A DNA stretch of 64,000 nucleotides from the human T2T-CHM13v2.0 reference genome, Homo sapiens: assembly GCF_009914755.1 (NCBI RefSeq), contig NC_060930.1; one strand, 5' to 3'. The notes under the pieces are model-generated. The model saw only the letters and a list, made by a program, of their open reading frames with translations, ran no database searches and was not told where the DNA came from. Position numbers and translations under genes: made by a program. Below are positions 29,420 to 44,560 of this stretch, one piece after another (within the stretch, counting starts at the first letter, position 1; every line of letters begins with the position of its first letter).

Positions 29420-29625
29420 ATAACAGACAAGCTGTTCTTTGACTTCCAGTGTTTGAATCCCAGTTGTGTTTCTGGATGGATGACGTCAGACAATACCTCG
29501 AACTCTCTGAGCTGTGGTTTCTTCAACTATAAATTGGGAATAACAACCTAGGTATTTACTGCACAAAACTGCTGTAAGGATTACATGTGTGCTAGGCACA
29601 GTAAACTCACCATGAATGGTAATCA
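29420..29625 (+). mobile_element. MIR
   Basis: gtttgaatcccag...ctctctgagctgtggtttcttcaactataaattgggaataac. Confidence 0.6.
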
Positions 29626-29779
29626 CATAGAGCCGGGACAAGAAATGCCCAGAGGAGACCCTTTGAGCAATGTATCATTAAAATGTGATCGAAGACAATG
29701 CTATTATACAACTCAACACCTCCTGATAAAGCTTTGAGTAATTTCTCATAGAAATGATATTGAAGGCAAACTTATGAAA

Positions 29780-30135
29780 ACATAGAAAGCCAACATAAAG
29801 AATTTTGACTTGATCCTATAATCAATGGATGGATCCATCCATGTCCATGAGGTTTGAGAAGAGGTATGTCAGGATCTAAGCTTCGCTTTGGAAAGATAAA
29901 GCTAGAATCTGTAGACGGATGATAGACTACACAGACCGGGGGCTGGGAGATTGTGTGGGAGTCATCCGAGAGAGCGTGTCCCTCAACTAACACAGACAAC
30001 ATGTGGGGAAACTCAACAGGATTCAGGGACTTGGTGGCTACAGGCAAAGAAAGAATTAAAGACATTTCTGCTTTGAACGTCATAATTAAGGATAATGATT
30101 TGCCATTAACATAGTAAAGGACACAAGGGAGGTTT
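29780..30135 (-). mobile_element. L2 fragment
   Basis: aaagaattttgacttgatcct...ctttggaaagataaagctag. Confidence 0.55.
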
Positions 30136-30142
30136 TGTGGTA

Positions 30143-30455
30143 TTTTCTGAGACAGGGTCTCACTCTGTCTTCCAGGCTGGAGTGCAGTGATGCAATCACG
30201 GCTCACTGCAGCCTCCAACTACTGGGCTGAAGCAATCCTCCTACCTCAGCCTCCTGAGTAACTGAGACCACAAGTACACGCCACCATACCTGTTTTTTTG
30301 TTGTTTGGTTGTTTTTTTTTTTTTTGTTTTTTTTTTTGTAGAAACAAGGTCTCACTATGTCGACCAAGCTGGTCTCAAACTCCTGGGCTCAAGTGAGCCA
30401 CCCGCCTAGGCCTCCCAAGTGCTGGGATAACAGGTGTGAGCCACCACAACTGGCC
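30143..30455 (-). mobile_element. Alu (AluJ-like)
   Basis: Reverse Alu with expanded middle T-tract. Confidence 0.92.
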
Positions 30456-30597
30456 AAACTTTTTTTTTTTTTGATAGGAGCTTGAGTTCAAATTGGAACA
30501 CACTAAATTGGGGAGTGGGAGTGAATATATTACTGATAGCAGTCCTTTTGAACCTCAGCAGAGAGATAAAAAACAGAAAAATCTAAGAATAACAGCA

Positions 30598-30897
30598 GGC
30601 TGGGCACGGTGACTCACGTCTGTAATCCCAGCACTCTGGCAGGCAGAGGCGGGTAGATCACGAGGTCAGGAGATCGAGACCATCCTGGCTAACACAGTAA
30701 AACCCCGTCTCCACTAAAAACACAAAAAAATTAGCCAGGCGTGGTGGCAGATGCCTGTAGTCCCAGCTACTCAGGAGGCTGAGGCAGGAGAATGGCGTGA
30801 ACCCAGGAGGCAGAGCTTGCAGTGAGCCAAGATGGCGCCACTGTACTCCAGCCTGGGAGACAGAGTGAAACTCTGCCTCAAAAAAAAAAAAAAAAAG
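30598..30897 (+). mobile_element. AluY-like
   Basis: gagatcgagaccatcctggctaacac, gaatggcgtgaacc; TSD-like agaataacagca/agagtcacagca. Confidence 0.94.
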
Positions 30898-30984
30898 AGT
30901 CACAGCAATGGGTGACCACTGAAACAGTGAATGTAGATGAGGCTGTCAACTTAGAGTACAGAAAGAAATGAGGCTTCCTGGACT

Positions 30985-31390
30985 CAGGAATTCCCCTCCT
31001 CATTATATACCCAATAGAAACACAGATATGTGCTCATGTAATGAATGTTCATAGCCATACTATTTGTAAACCATTAACAGCAGAAGAAATTAAAAAGCAT
31101 GCTATGTAGAAACAATGGATACTATACAGTAATGAGCATGAAAAATCTACAACCACACGTGACAACATGGATGAATCTCACAAATGCATTCTTGGGAGGA
31201 GGAATCCAGATACAAAGGACTAGGCACCGTGTGATTCTGCAATATTAAAAGTCACAATGGCGCACGCCTTGGAGAGGATGGGCCATGGCTAAAGGGGGCT
31301 TGAAGGGGTCTTCTGGGGTGCTGGTAAAGTTCTACTTCTTGATCTAGGTGCTGGTTACTCTGGCATGTTTGCCTTGTGAAAATTAACTCA
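30985..31390 (+). mobile_element. L1ME-type 3' fragment
   Basis: acaacatggatgaatctcacaaa...ttctggggtgctggtaaagttctacttcttgatctaggtgctggttac. Confidence 0.7.
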
Positions 31391-31430
31391 TTTCTAACCG
31401 ATCATTTTGCCCAGAATGTTAAAAGAGAAT

Positions 31431-31840
31431 TGCATTAGTTTCCTGTGCCATTGTAACTAATTATTACAAGCTTGATGCCTTAAAACAGCAGAAATGTCTT
31501 CTTTCACAGTTCTAGAGGCCAGAAGTCCAAAATCAAGGTGTAGGCAGTGCTCTAGAAGATAATCAGTTCCTTGCCCCTTCAAGATTCTAAGTTTTCGGCA
31601 CTCCTTGGCTTGTGATGTGTATGCATGTGGTGTCAAATCGCCCTCTGCCTCTTTTACAAGGACACTTGTGATGGCATTTAGGACACACCCAGATGATCCA
31701 GGATTATCTTATCTCAAGATCCTTCACTTCATCATATCTGCAAAGACTCGTTTTCCAAATAAGGTACCATGCACATGTTCCAGTTCTGACATAGATATTA
31801 GGGTGGCAGGGGAGGTGAGGGACAAATTTTAGCTTACCAC
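31431..31840 (-). mobile_element. MLT1 (MaLR) LTR, MLT1C/D-like
   Basis: tgcattagtttcctgtg...cacagttctagaggccagaagtccaaaatcaaggtg...ctgcaaagactcgttttccaaataagg...accaca. Confidence 0.8.
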
Positions 31841-32276
31841 AAGGATTATAAAGAAGCTGCATGATAACGAAGGTAAGTACAACAGAACAAAAGGTGCTGA
31901 ATACAAGATGAGGAAATGGAGGGAATGAGCCCAAAGGATTCTCCAAAGACTGGCAAAGAACAAAAGGTGATAAACGTTTTCCAAGGTCCATGGTAGGCAC
32001 CTTTACAATCAGTAAGGAAAGCAAGAGATCAGACAATACTTTAATGGGACAGAAAGATCTAAAAGCTTTTAGTGTTAGAATGGTGTACTTGAACATTATT
32101 AGAACAAGTGGAGATTGTACGCATTTTTGAAGTCAAGCTGAAAGAAGAAAAAAAGAGAAAGATTTTAAAGGGAGTGCTAATTAATGGAGGCTATCTCTGT
32201 ATTTTCAGATGAGACAGATGGGTTGGGTTCTATGACAGAGGAGAAAAGTCAACCATGGGGGAAAAGGGATACTTTA

Positions 32277-32684
<408 letters not shown>

Positions 32685-33155
32685 TCACTTCAGGTAGTGA
32701 CTTGCTGATAGACAGCTGGTAGCCAACAGAAAGGAAAGCCCTCTCCAGGGACAGCTGAAACACGCCTGAGTGACATCACTGGAAATGTGCCTGAAAGTAG
32801 CACCACCTGAGCTTCTGCATGTCGTGACGCCAATTTGTCTTCTTTTTCACTAAAAGGAATTCATTTTAGCATTCCTTTTACTTGTGATAGTAACAACGCT
32901 TACAACTACAGCAACAGAAGCAAGATGTAAGCCTCCTAAGCATCAAAAACACCATTTTTTGAACTCTTATCTGCCTACAATAGAGGTAAAGGAAAATATG
33001 AAAAGAGGGAAGATCTAGACTAGATTTGAACTTTATTCTGCTTAGTGGCCACAGGCAAAAGCCTTAAATAGACATTAAAATCCCAATCTTACAAATGAAT
33101 GTTCTTGGTCACAAAATGGACTGGACTAACAAAAAATCCACTTTCAAGCACATAG

Positions 33156-33449
<294 letters not shown>

Positions 33450-33789
33450 TTCAAGCACACAGCATTCGATGATGGTTTAGTAAGTGCTATTGAGGGAGCC
33501 CTGCAAATACTGTCACTGGGTTGTCTTCAAGTGAATCCCTCATATCACTTCACAAAAAAAGTGGGTAAATCACAGTTTATATCTTCTGGTGCATACCAAG
33601 TACTTTATGAAGAGATATTTTCCTGATATGAGCATAGCAGTCTCCTACATAATTTTGCTTATTAGAAAAGTACAAATAGGTCCTACCCAAAAAAGTGTTA
33701 TTCTCCTTCCAAGTTAAAACAGAGCCTGATTTATGCCTTAACTTTTTTTTGTCTTTAAGTTAAAAAACAAAAAACAAACAAAAAAAACC

Positions 33790-34145
33790 TTTTTTTTTAG
33801 AGCTGTTTTAGGTTCATGGCAAAATTGAGAGGAAGGTACAAAGACATCCCATATACCTGATGCCCTCACACACACACAGCCTCCCCCATTGTCAACATCC
33901 CCCACCAGAGTGGTACATTTTTTACAACTGATGAGCCTACATTGACACATCATAGTCACACAAAGTCCATAGTTTACATTAGGGTTCACTCTTGATGCTG
34001 TACATTCTTTGGGTTTAGATAAATTTATCATGATATGTATCTACCACTAAAGTATCATAATTATAGGATCATACAGAGTATGAGACCATAACACCCTAAA
34101 AATCCTCTGCCCTAAAAATCCTCCAGACTTTGCCTATCCATTCAA
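33790..34145 (-). mobile_element. L1MC-type 3' end
   Basis: gttttaggttcatggcaaaattgag...ccagagtggtacattt...agtttacattagggttcactcttg. Confidence 0.85.
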
Positions 34146-34287
34146 AAATTTATGTTTTAATGTCATGGTAACAGCAATACAACAGGTCAATGACCTATAA
34201 AGAGTATATAAGAAATGTATAAGTCAAAATGAACCGTAAAGTTTATTATGTGACAGGGACATGCTATACATTATAAATAGAAATGGG

Positions 34288-34598
34288 GGCTGGGTGCGGT
34301 AGCTCACCTCACCGTAATCCCAGCACTCTGGGAGGCTGAGGCAGGTGGATTACCTGAGGTCAGGAGTTCGAGACCAGCCTGGCCAAAATGGTGAAACCCT
34401 GTCTCTACTAACAATACAAAAAATTAGCCAGGTGCAGTGACACACACCTGTAATCCCAGCTACTTGGGAGACTGAGGCAGGAAAATTGCTTGAACACGAG
34501 AGACGGAGGTTACAGTGAGCAGAGATCATGGCACTGCACTCCAGCCTAGCCAACAAAGCGAGACTCTGTCTCGGAAAAAAAAAAAAAAAAAAAAAAAA
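34288..34598 (+). mobile_element. Alu (AluS-like)
   Basis: Full dimer, long poly-A. Confidence 0.95.
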
Positions 34599-35384
34599 GG
34601 CAATGGGATAGGAGGCTAGTTTGTTGGTAAAAATTTCTGTATCGCCACGGCAAACTATTTTTCTCCTTGAAATGGTTATATTTCATGAAGGTGTGCTGGG
34701 TTTGAGTCTATATGCATAAATTTAGATCTCTATAAACTCATTTTGTATAAAACATTTCAGTCCTTAAGTAATAAATCTATTTTAATTAGATACTGAAAAG
34801 GCTGCTCATGAATATATGAACAGGCTTTTGTGAATCTTATTACAGTTTTATTGTGGTTAAGGTCTATGTCATTTGTTTTTTTGGTCTCTCATATTTAGTT
34901 TTAATTAAACCATCAAAGCTTCATTCATTTATGCTTCAGTGAAGTTCCTCGGTCACACAGAGTAGCCCTTTGTAACTGTAAGATTCTTATGGGAGCATCC
35001 TCCCTCACAACCCAAACCAATAATCTGCCTCATTTAATTGGCACTTGTTTAAGTTACATAAGGTTATAGGAGTTGATTTGTGATAATTTTTGAAGAAAAT
35101 CCAACTGTTCCTCACAGATGTGGATGCTGAGTGACATACTCTTACCTAATCGTCCTATACCTCTACAACCTCTTCACATGGAAAACAGAAAGAGGACAGG
35201 GAGAACTTCACATTCTCTGATGATGTTCAGTAGCAAAAATGGCTGTGGTAGTTTAACTCATGCTTGAGGTTGTTCTGATTAAGAGGAGGTATTTCTCACT
35301 CTGGCTAGGGAAATAACTGTCATTTATATGAATTATGTTTACATAAGCATTAATAGTTATTAAAGCAGTGTAACATGGTGATAC

Positions 35385-35690
35385 AGAAAAACTTAGACTC
35401 TAGAAAATTCTACAGGAAAAATGACCTGAATTCCTTAACAAAAACATCACAGGGGAGAAGAGGAGATGAAAGTAGAAATTAGATATTAAAAGAGACTTAA
35501 GGAACATAGTCAACTGAAATGTGTGGACCTTGGTTGGATTCTACAAAAGTAAACTTTAAAAAATCATGGCATTTATGAGATAAACAAAATTTTGAAAACT
35601 GACAGGATATTTGATGATATCAAGAAATGAATTATTTTAAGTATGATAAGGTACTGTGTTAGGAGTCCTTATCTTTCAGAGAAGAAAAAT
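35385..35690 (+). mobile_element. L1MC4/L1MD-type 3' fragment
   Basis: attaaaagagacttaagg...aatgtgtggaccttggttggattc...ggatatttgatgatatcaaga. Confidence 0.65.
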
Positions 35691-35701
35691 GTAGCATGAT
35701 A

Positions 35702-36002
35702 GGCCGGGTGAGGTGGCTCAAGCCTGTAATTCCCAGCACTTTGCGAGGCTGAGGCAGAGGATCGCTTGAGTTCGGGAGTTTGAGACCAGCCTGAGCAACA
35801 AAGTCAGACCCCATCTCTATAAAAAGTGTTAAAAATAGCTGGGTGTGGTGGTGCGTGCCTGCAGTCCCAGCTACTAAGGAGCTGAGGCAGGAGGATGGCT
35901 TGGGCCCGGGAGTTCAAGGTTACAGTGAGCTATGATCGTGCCATTGTACTCCAATCCGGGTGACAGAGCATGAACCTATCTCTAAAAAAACAAACAAAAA
36001 AA
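35702..36002 (+). mobile_element. Alu (AluJ-like)
   Basis: TSD agcatgata. Confidence 0.94.
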
Positions 36003-36849
36003 GCATGATAATTTCATCCTATGTTAAAAAATAAAGAATGCTAATGTCTGGCACCACATGATGTATGCATTCCTTACCAAAAAAGCATTATCTTGCATGC
36101 CATAGAAATATAATTGTAAGTAAGAAACACTATACCATTATTGCTGTAGAAAGAAAATCAGTATTTTTTTTTCTTTCTACTCCTGTAGAAACTAAATTAA
36201 ATGAAATCCAGTTGCATACTATTTATGGGCAGAAATCGTTGCTCATCCTGGTAAGCAAGCTAGTTTGGAGGGTTTTCCTCTTGTAATTATGGCTGTCATT
36301 TCTCGTGGTCTTAAATCCAGTTGGATCTAAGAAGTGTGGGTGAGCGCCTGGGAGCTCCACAGTGCTCCAAGATTCTTAATGTGTCAACAAATGGAAACCT
36401 CTCACAGTCAGGATTCAACATCTCTAAAAGAGGCCATACCCTTTCTTTCTACTCTGTTAAGCTCACTTTCGACACCTAATAATTTCATCTAGTCAAAATG
36501 TGCAATAGTTTTTGTTCAAATTTACTTCTTCTAATAGTATCTGTAATTCTGTTGACATGACAGATGTATAAATGATTCTGCCAGTAAATAATTTCATTCC
36601 TAGCGTACGTGTTGACATTCCATTTAAGTCCAACAATCCATTTAAGGGGGTTTGAGACTTCTTTCTTGAGAATTATTAGAGGAAATGAATAAGATTAAAA
36701 CTATTCATTGTTAACTGATCTTTTAACTGCTGACAGACAGGTGGCTGGACTTCACTGACTATAATGAAAGAGTCTGGTTCTTTTTTCTTTCTTTCTTCCA
36801 ATTGATTAAATCTATCAGTAAAGGAATTCGCATACTCTAGGAAAACTAA

Positions 36850-37137
36850 TGTTGTTGTTTTAGAGACAGAGTCTCACTCTGTCACTCAGGCTGGAGTGCA
36901 ATGGTATGGTCATAGCTCACTGGGCTCAACTGATCCTCCCACCTCAGCCTCCCAAGTAGCTGAGACTACAGGCATGCAGCACCACTCCTGGTTAATGTTT
37001 TACATATTTTTTCTAGAGACAGTGTCTTGCTAATTGGCCCAGGCTGGTCTCAAACCCCTGGACTCAAGTGATCCTCCCACCTCAGCCTCCCAAAGTGTTG
37101 GGATTACAGGTACGGATATGAGCCACTGTGTACAGCC
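36850..37137 (-). mobile_element. Alu (AluJ-like) with a small internal deletion
   Basis: Reverse Alu; TSD atgttgtt. Confidence 0.92.
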
Positions 37138-37174
37138 ATGTTGTTATTTTTTTAATGTGACAAATTAATTTTAC

Positions 37175-37179
37175 ATATA

Positions 37180-37222
<43 letters not shown>
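37175..37222 (+). repeat. (TA)n microsatellite with a short (TG) interruption
   Basis: Read directly from the sequence. Confidence 0.95.
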
Positions 37223-37227
<5 letters not shown>

Positions 37228-37269
37228 TAGATGTGATTATATAAATGTCTCTTTAAAAGAAGGCTATCG

Positions 37270-37571
37270 ACGGAGGCCAATATCCTAAGCAAATTACTGC
37301 AAGTACAGAAAACCAAATTCTGCATGTTCTCACTTGTAAATGACAGCTAAACATTAAGTACACATGGACATAAAAATAGGAATAGACACTGGGGATACTA
37401 GAGACGGGAGGGTGGGAAGGGGGCGAGGGTTGAAGAACTACCTATTGGATATTATGCTCACTACACCTGGGTGATGGGATCATTCGTACACCAAACCTCA
37501 GTGACACTCAATTCACCCCGTAACAAACCTGCACATGTATCCTCTGAAACTAAAATAAAAGTTGAAAAAAA
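37270..37571 (+). mobile_element. L1PA15-16/L1PB-type 3' end
   Basis: aaaaccaaattctgcatgttctcact...aacaaacctgcacatgtatcctctgaaactaaaataaaagttgaaaaa. Confidence 0.85.
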
Positions 37572-38999
37572 GGCCAGCCACACAGAGATGAAGACAGGGA
37601 ACCAAAGACCCTCACCAGCCCCACAATGGGGAAAATGAGATAAGCCTGCTGAATAGAGACAACAGACCAGAAAGGAAAGGAGAGGGCAGCCCCCGCCATG
37701 TATCACATACTAAGTCCCTCCAAGGAGCCCTTTGACGGCTTCTTATCACGCTGCCCAGGAGGCTCCGGTTTCTTCGCCTCAGCTTCCATCCATCATAGCA
37801 CCATGGAATTAAGAACTCCCTTTACTCTGTTCTCCCACATGTTGATTTTAACACACATGATTGTCTATACTGTGCAAAGTACTGAGAAGGGGTCAAAGAA
37901 ATCAGCATCAGCCCTTCATGGGCTGATAACCTTCAAGTGCAATGGCTGGACATGTGAGCAGCAGAAGTGCAAAGTCAAATGAAATAGATGTAAATGTTCT
38001 TTGGGAGCAGAGGACAAGGAGTGGCTGATTCTTACAGGAGTAATGGAGAAGGCCATTCAGGGCAACAGCTTCACAGTAAGCCTTGAGAAGTGGTAGAATT
38101 TCAGGATGCAGGGCCTGGGAAGAAGGGACATTCCTGGCTGCTTTGCAATTGCATAATATAGGAGTTTCTTTTTACCAGAAAAAATTGCTCCACTACCTAA
38201 GAATGGACATGTACACCACCACCCACCGAATGAGAAATGGCTTATCGCTCTGCCCAGCTGGTCTTTCCACAGGAAGTTTACAGGGAGAAAAATAAATTGC
38301 ACAATCATTTTTTGGGAACACTTTTCAGTAAAAACTTTTCTTATTAGGGAGAAAGAAATTTCATTTTACTTGTGTCTTTATGCATTCTACCATGCCCGAC
38401 TAAATGCATCCTCTCCTGTAACGTATCGCTTGGATCCCCTACTTCCCTGGTCCAAGGGGAGTTTCGGTACCTCTTCCTGGCAAAGCTCTCTCTACTTGAG
38501 ACCTTATAGCTGCGGACCTGCTTGTCTGTGTCCTCCAAGGGACCTGACTGTTTTAACAGAAATACCCGGCAGAGGAGGCATTTGATGGTAAGGAGACAGC
38601 TTCTAATTCACATTGCTAAAATGAGAGACAAACAAACAAACAGAAGACAACCTGTGGAAAAGGCTTCTGAATAATAAAAAGAGTCTTCCAACTGGCACTC
38701 AGCCCAAGAGTCCACAGATCATCACCACAGTAACAGACAGTATTTGGAGGCAATGAGGAGCACAAAATGCAGATCTGGCAAAGGCATTAGCAAAATTATT
38801 CATTTCAAGGAGACTATATAAGCTCCTGAATTTGTAGCATTCGCTTCTATATGTATATTAGCCATCAGAAACAGAAAGAGCTAATGAGCTGAAGTGCTGG
38901 TGAGAACAGTCAGGGTACCACATACAGCTAGCTCTACTTGGAACAGACGGCTGACGGCCTAAGGAACCTGTAGCCACATCAGCTCCAAAGCAGGGACCG

Positions 39000-39350
39000 G
39001 TTCAGTCATCAGTGCAGCCAATGTTCATGAAATCCCTACTAAGTGCCAAGGGATACTAAGTGCTAAGGTCCAAGGGATACAAAAGTCATCCAAACACACA
39101 CACGCGTGCACACACACACACACACACACCCATGCACACTAGGTTCCTGCCCTCAGAAAGCTTATGATCTAGCAAGAGAAGAGACAATCAAATAAACGTA
39201 CAAAAACAAATGCACACTGTGGTAAGTGTGTTGACGACATGACACAGGGCATTTTGAACAGTACAACAGACAGAACTGATTCGTCAGTGGAGCTCCCCTG
39301 ACAAAGTAATGGTGTCTGAAGGAGATATAGAAATAAAGGGATGTAGAAGT
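39000..39350 (-). mobile_element. L2 3' end containing a (CA)n tract (39093-39129)
   Basis: cctactaagtgccaag...ggttcctgccctcagaaagcttatgatctag. Confidence 0.6.
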
Positions 39351-42300
39351 AAATGTGGCCTATCAGTAGTCAGTGCTGACCAGGCATTACAAATGGCCAT
39401 GGTGTCGCTCCTGCCTGCTATGCCTGGGGTGTAGCTGGCTGGTGTCAGAATGCCCAAATCCACACTTGCTCTGTGCAGCCCTCAACACCCTGAGCCCATT
39501 TCCTCACCTGTCAACCAACAATAACAATAGTCTTTGTCACAGAAAGGGCTTAACAACAAAGAGGTGTCAATGAACATCAGCCACGACTAGAGAGTGGGCC
39601 ATGGGTCAGGGGGACATTCACCCCTCACTCCCACCCCAGGGTACTGTCAATCACTTACAGACATTTTTCTTATTTCCTGTACTTTTTTCTCATACTTTTC
39701 CTATTCGATAAACAGGAAGTATGGAATCAGTAAGATGAGTTTCATTCTTTTCAGTAGACCCTTTAGTGCCTTAAAAAAGTCTGTAGTTAAAGAGCATCTT
39801 CAAGAGAGGTCCTAGACCATATGGACACAACCAACATTTGCAGTCACTATTTTGGGGGGTCTGAAGGGGGCAGACCAGGGCAGCTAATGGCAAGCCCCGT
39901 AGAAGGTGCAGAAATTTTCCAGCTGAATAAATATTCCAGTTTGCTTCAAACAGTCTTAGATGTCTGTTATCCCATGATATGTATGATCTCATTGTCATTT
40001 CTAGTAGATCCCCCCATTCATTCTCAAGTGTCCTGGTTGGGCCCTAAGCAAGCGGCAGTTCCTGCACCATTAGCTGTCCCTTCCATGGGCAGTGGCAGCA
40101 GGGGCCTGTAGCTGCCAAGAAACTCAGCAGGAGCCCCTCTTTACAGCTGCTACTCTAGGTGGCTTGGCCCCGGGGCTTCCACAGGATGAAGACCCCAGCC
40201 CTGCATGTTCTTCAAATTATTCTCAGACACAAGCTGCTTTTTCCAAATCTCCCAGCCAAGGTAATGATGGAAATTTTACAAATGGCATGGAGTAGAATCA
40301 GACAGCTTTTAAACTCCAGCCCTCGCTCTTCACAGTAAATTGCATTTCATCTTGCTGCAATTTTTCGTCTTTTCTTTGGTCATTTCTTGTTTGTGTGGGA
40401 GTGTGCACAGCGGGGCTGGGGACGGGGGAGGTGAAGTGTTTTTCCCTTCTTTTTACCTTCCCCCTCTTTCACCTTTAATCTTGGTTTTCCTTTTTTGGAA
40501 TCTACATCTTCCTCCAAGGGCTGATCTTTGTCTTCTTGAATTTCTGCTGTTTACTTATGATTTCTTACTGAAAATATTCATGTCACGTCAAGTTTCTTTT
40601 AGACATCAACAAGCCAGAGCTGGTTTTATAATGCAGACCACGTGTCCCCTGAGTCCTGGACTAAAAGTCCCAAATACTCTTTGGAAACTGGCTTAAACCA
40701 GGTCGTCATATCTGAAAGACTTCTCCCCAGCTCTTTCTACCTCCGTGTGATTTATTTAAGAGCAAGACTGAGACAATAAAAAAAAAGAAAGATTTAAAAA
40801 AAGAAGAAATGTTACCTGAAATTCCACCATCCATAATCCCACCATTAACCAGATGACATTTTTCCTTGGATTCTCGAGTGAGTTTTTATGTTAGCTTACT
40901 TTTAGAAAAAGTGCTACATAAGTTATTTTCTTAAACTGCTCTGAATCTTCCCTTTGTGCCTGTCATCATAAATAAACCAGACTTCTGAGAAGGAGCTTGA
41001 GTGCTAAATTACAAAGGGGCAATTTTCTACCATTTAATTGGATCCTACTGCTCTGTACGAGAGCTAGATTTTTTACTTGTTTTGAAAATGAGGGTCACAT
41101 TAAGATAGTGAATTTTTTTCACTCCTGGAGAGACTATTTACTTCTTCATGTTGAATTCCCAATAGTTCTCACCACATTTCATTATAATATATGCACTTGC
41201 TTTTCCATCAATAAGACTGTCTTGGTTGTCGATATAGACCATGACAGTAGCAATGTGAGCCTCTTAACTAAATGTAAGAAATAATGAAACTATATCCAGG
41301 CAAATGATAAACAATTTAATGGTTGACAACCCTCAAAAATATAATATATTTAGTCCTTAGTAGCAAATAAATATACATATTAAAATGACCTGTTATTAGC
41401 TAGCACACGGAGATACTAACCATTTTGGTATTTCACTCTAAGCGTTTTCCTATACAATTTATTATGCATACAAATAAACATACACATGCCCATTTGGTAT
41501 GGGAGCAAAATTCAAATTATTGATTTATATATTATCAATTCAAAATTGAATTATAGATAATGTTTCAATCACAACCACTTCTAATTGCTAACTTCACAGC
41601 TGGAGAAGCCTGAATAAGATGTTGATAATTTGCAGTCAAATCAAAATAATAAAAGTGTTCAAATACCTACAAAAAAAAAAAAACCCTATAGCTAACATCA
41701 TACTTAATGGTGAGAAACTAGCTTTCCCACTAAGGTGAAGAAAAGGGCAAAGCTGTCCCCTGTCACCACTCCTTTTCAACATCATACTGGAAATCCCAGC
41801 TAATGAAATAAAATGAGAAAAAAATAAAAAGTATACTGATGGAGACAAGAAATAAAACTTGTCTTTGTTCACAGATGGCAGGATCATCTATGTACAAAAC
41901 CCAAGAGAATCAACAATAACAAAAACCCTCCTAGAATTAATAAGCAATTATAGCAGGGTTTCAGGATTCAAGATTAATATGCAAAAGTAAATTGCTTTTC
42001 TATATGTCTGCAATAAACAAGTGGAATTTGAAATTAAAAACACAATGCCATTTACATTAGCACCCCCAAAAATGAAGTACTTAGGTATAAATCTCACCAA
42101 ATACGGATAAAAACTATATGAGGAAATCTATAAAACCCTAATAAAAGAAACCAAAAAAGAACTAAATAAATTGAGAGATATTCCATGTTCATAGATAGGA
42201 AGACTCAATGTTGTCAAGATGTCAGTTCTTCAAAATTTGACCTATATATTCAATGCAATCTCAAGCAAAATCCCAGCAAGTTATTTGGTGGATATTGACA

Positions 42301-43072
42301 AATTGATTCCTAAGTTTATGTGGAGAGGGAAAAGACCAGAAGAGCCAACACAATATTGAAGAAGAACAAACTGACATTACCTGATTTCAAAACTTACTCT
42401 AAAGCTCTATAACAAGACAGTGTGGTGTAGGTGAAAGACTACAGAAATAGATCAACGGAACAGAATAGAAGCCCCAGAAATAGATCCACATAAACACAGT
42501 CAACTGATGTTTGACAAAGAAGCAGAGGCAATATAATGAAACAAGGATAATCTTTTCAACAAACGGTGCTGGAACAACTGAACCTCTACATGAAAAAAAA
42601 AACAAAAAACAAAAACAAAAAAAACACAAAGATACAGACCTTACACCCTCTGCAGAAATTAACTCAAATGGATCATAGTTCTAAATGTAAAATGAAAAAC
42701 TATAAAACTCCTGGAAAATAACATAGAAGAAAATCTAAATGACCATTGGTATCATCATAACTTTTTAGATACAATATCAAAGGCATAATAAAAGAATTAT
42801 AAGCTGGACTTTATTAAAACTAAAAATTTCTGCTCAGCAAAAAAAATTGTCAAGACTGTGAAGAGAATGAGAAGACAAGCCACAGACTGAGAGAATATAT
42901 TTGCAAAAGACATATCTGTTAAAGAGTGTTATCCAAAATATACAAAGAATACTTAAAACTAAAAAATAAGAAAACAAACGATGAGATTAAAAAATGGGCC
43001 AAAGACCTGAATGGATACCTCATCAAAGAAGATATACAGATAGCAAGTAAGCATATGAAAACATGTTCATGG

Positions 43073-43277
43073 GGCCAGGCAAAGTGGCTCACTGTTGTAA
43101 TCCCAGCACTTGGGGAGGCCAAGGCAGGAGGATCACTTAAGGCCAGGAGTCATGGTAGAAGGACTACCTGAGCCCAGAAAGCTGAAGGCTGCAGTGAGCT
43201 ATGCTCATGACACTGCACTCCAGCCTGGGTGACAGAGACCTTGTCTCTAAAAAAAAAGAAAAAGAAAAAGAACAAAA
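43073..43277 (+). mobile_element. AluJ-like with central deletion
   Basis: Left-arm 5' part fused to right-arm 3' part; TSD aaaacatgttca/aaaagatgctca. Confidence 0.85.
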
Positions 43278-43330
43278 GATGCTCAACATCATCTGTCATC
43301 AGGGAATTGCAAATTAAAACATTAAGATAC

Positions 43331-43800
<470 letters not shown>

Positions 43801-44494
43801 CTAAACGTTTATACTATTGCTATACAACCCACCATTTGCACTCCTTGGTATTTACCCAAATGAAGTGAATTATTATGTCCACACAAAACTTGCACACAGA
43901 TGTGTATAACAGCTTTATTCATAATTGCTAAAACTTGGAAGCAACCAAGATGTCTTCCAGGATGTAAGTGGATAAATAAACTGTGGTACAGACAGACAAT
44001 TCATTATTATTTAGGGCTAAAAAGAAATGAGCCATCAAGCCATGAAAGGACACGAAGGAAACTTAAATGTACACTGTTAAGTGAAAGAAGCCAGTATGAA
44101 AAGGCTGTGACATTCTGAAAAAGAGAAACTATGGAAAAAGCAAAAGGATAAGTGGTTGCCAAGGGTTGTGAGGAGGGATGAATAGGCAGAGAACCAAGAT
44201 TTTTAGGGCAGTGCAACTATGCTGTACAATATACTACTATAATTGTGGATACATGTCATTATACATTTGTCCAAACCCATAAAATACACAACACCAAGAA
44301 TGAACCCTAATGTAAGCTATGGGCATCAGGTGATAATGATGTGTCAATGTAAGGTTCACCAATTGTAACAAATGCACCACTCTAGATCAGTATATTAACA
44401 GCAGAGGAGGCTGTGTTTGTGGGAGGGTAAGGAGTTTATGGGCAGTCTCTGTACCTTCTGCTGAGTTTTGCTGTAAATCTAAAACCGCTCTGAA

Positions 44495-44560
44495 ATACAC
44501 ATATATATGTATATATACACGTGTGTGTACATACATATATACATATATATATGTATATAT
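44495..44560 (+). repeat. TA/CA/TG low-complexity tract at the L1 tail
   Basis: Read directly from the sequence. Confidence 0.85.

Noticed and set aside
40411-40432. G-rich run as a G-quadruplex
   Set aside because: Only three full G-tracts plus a GG; marginal, with no supporting context.
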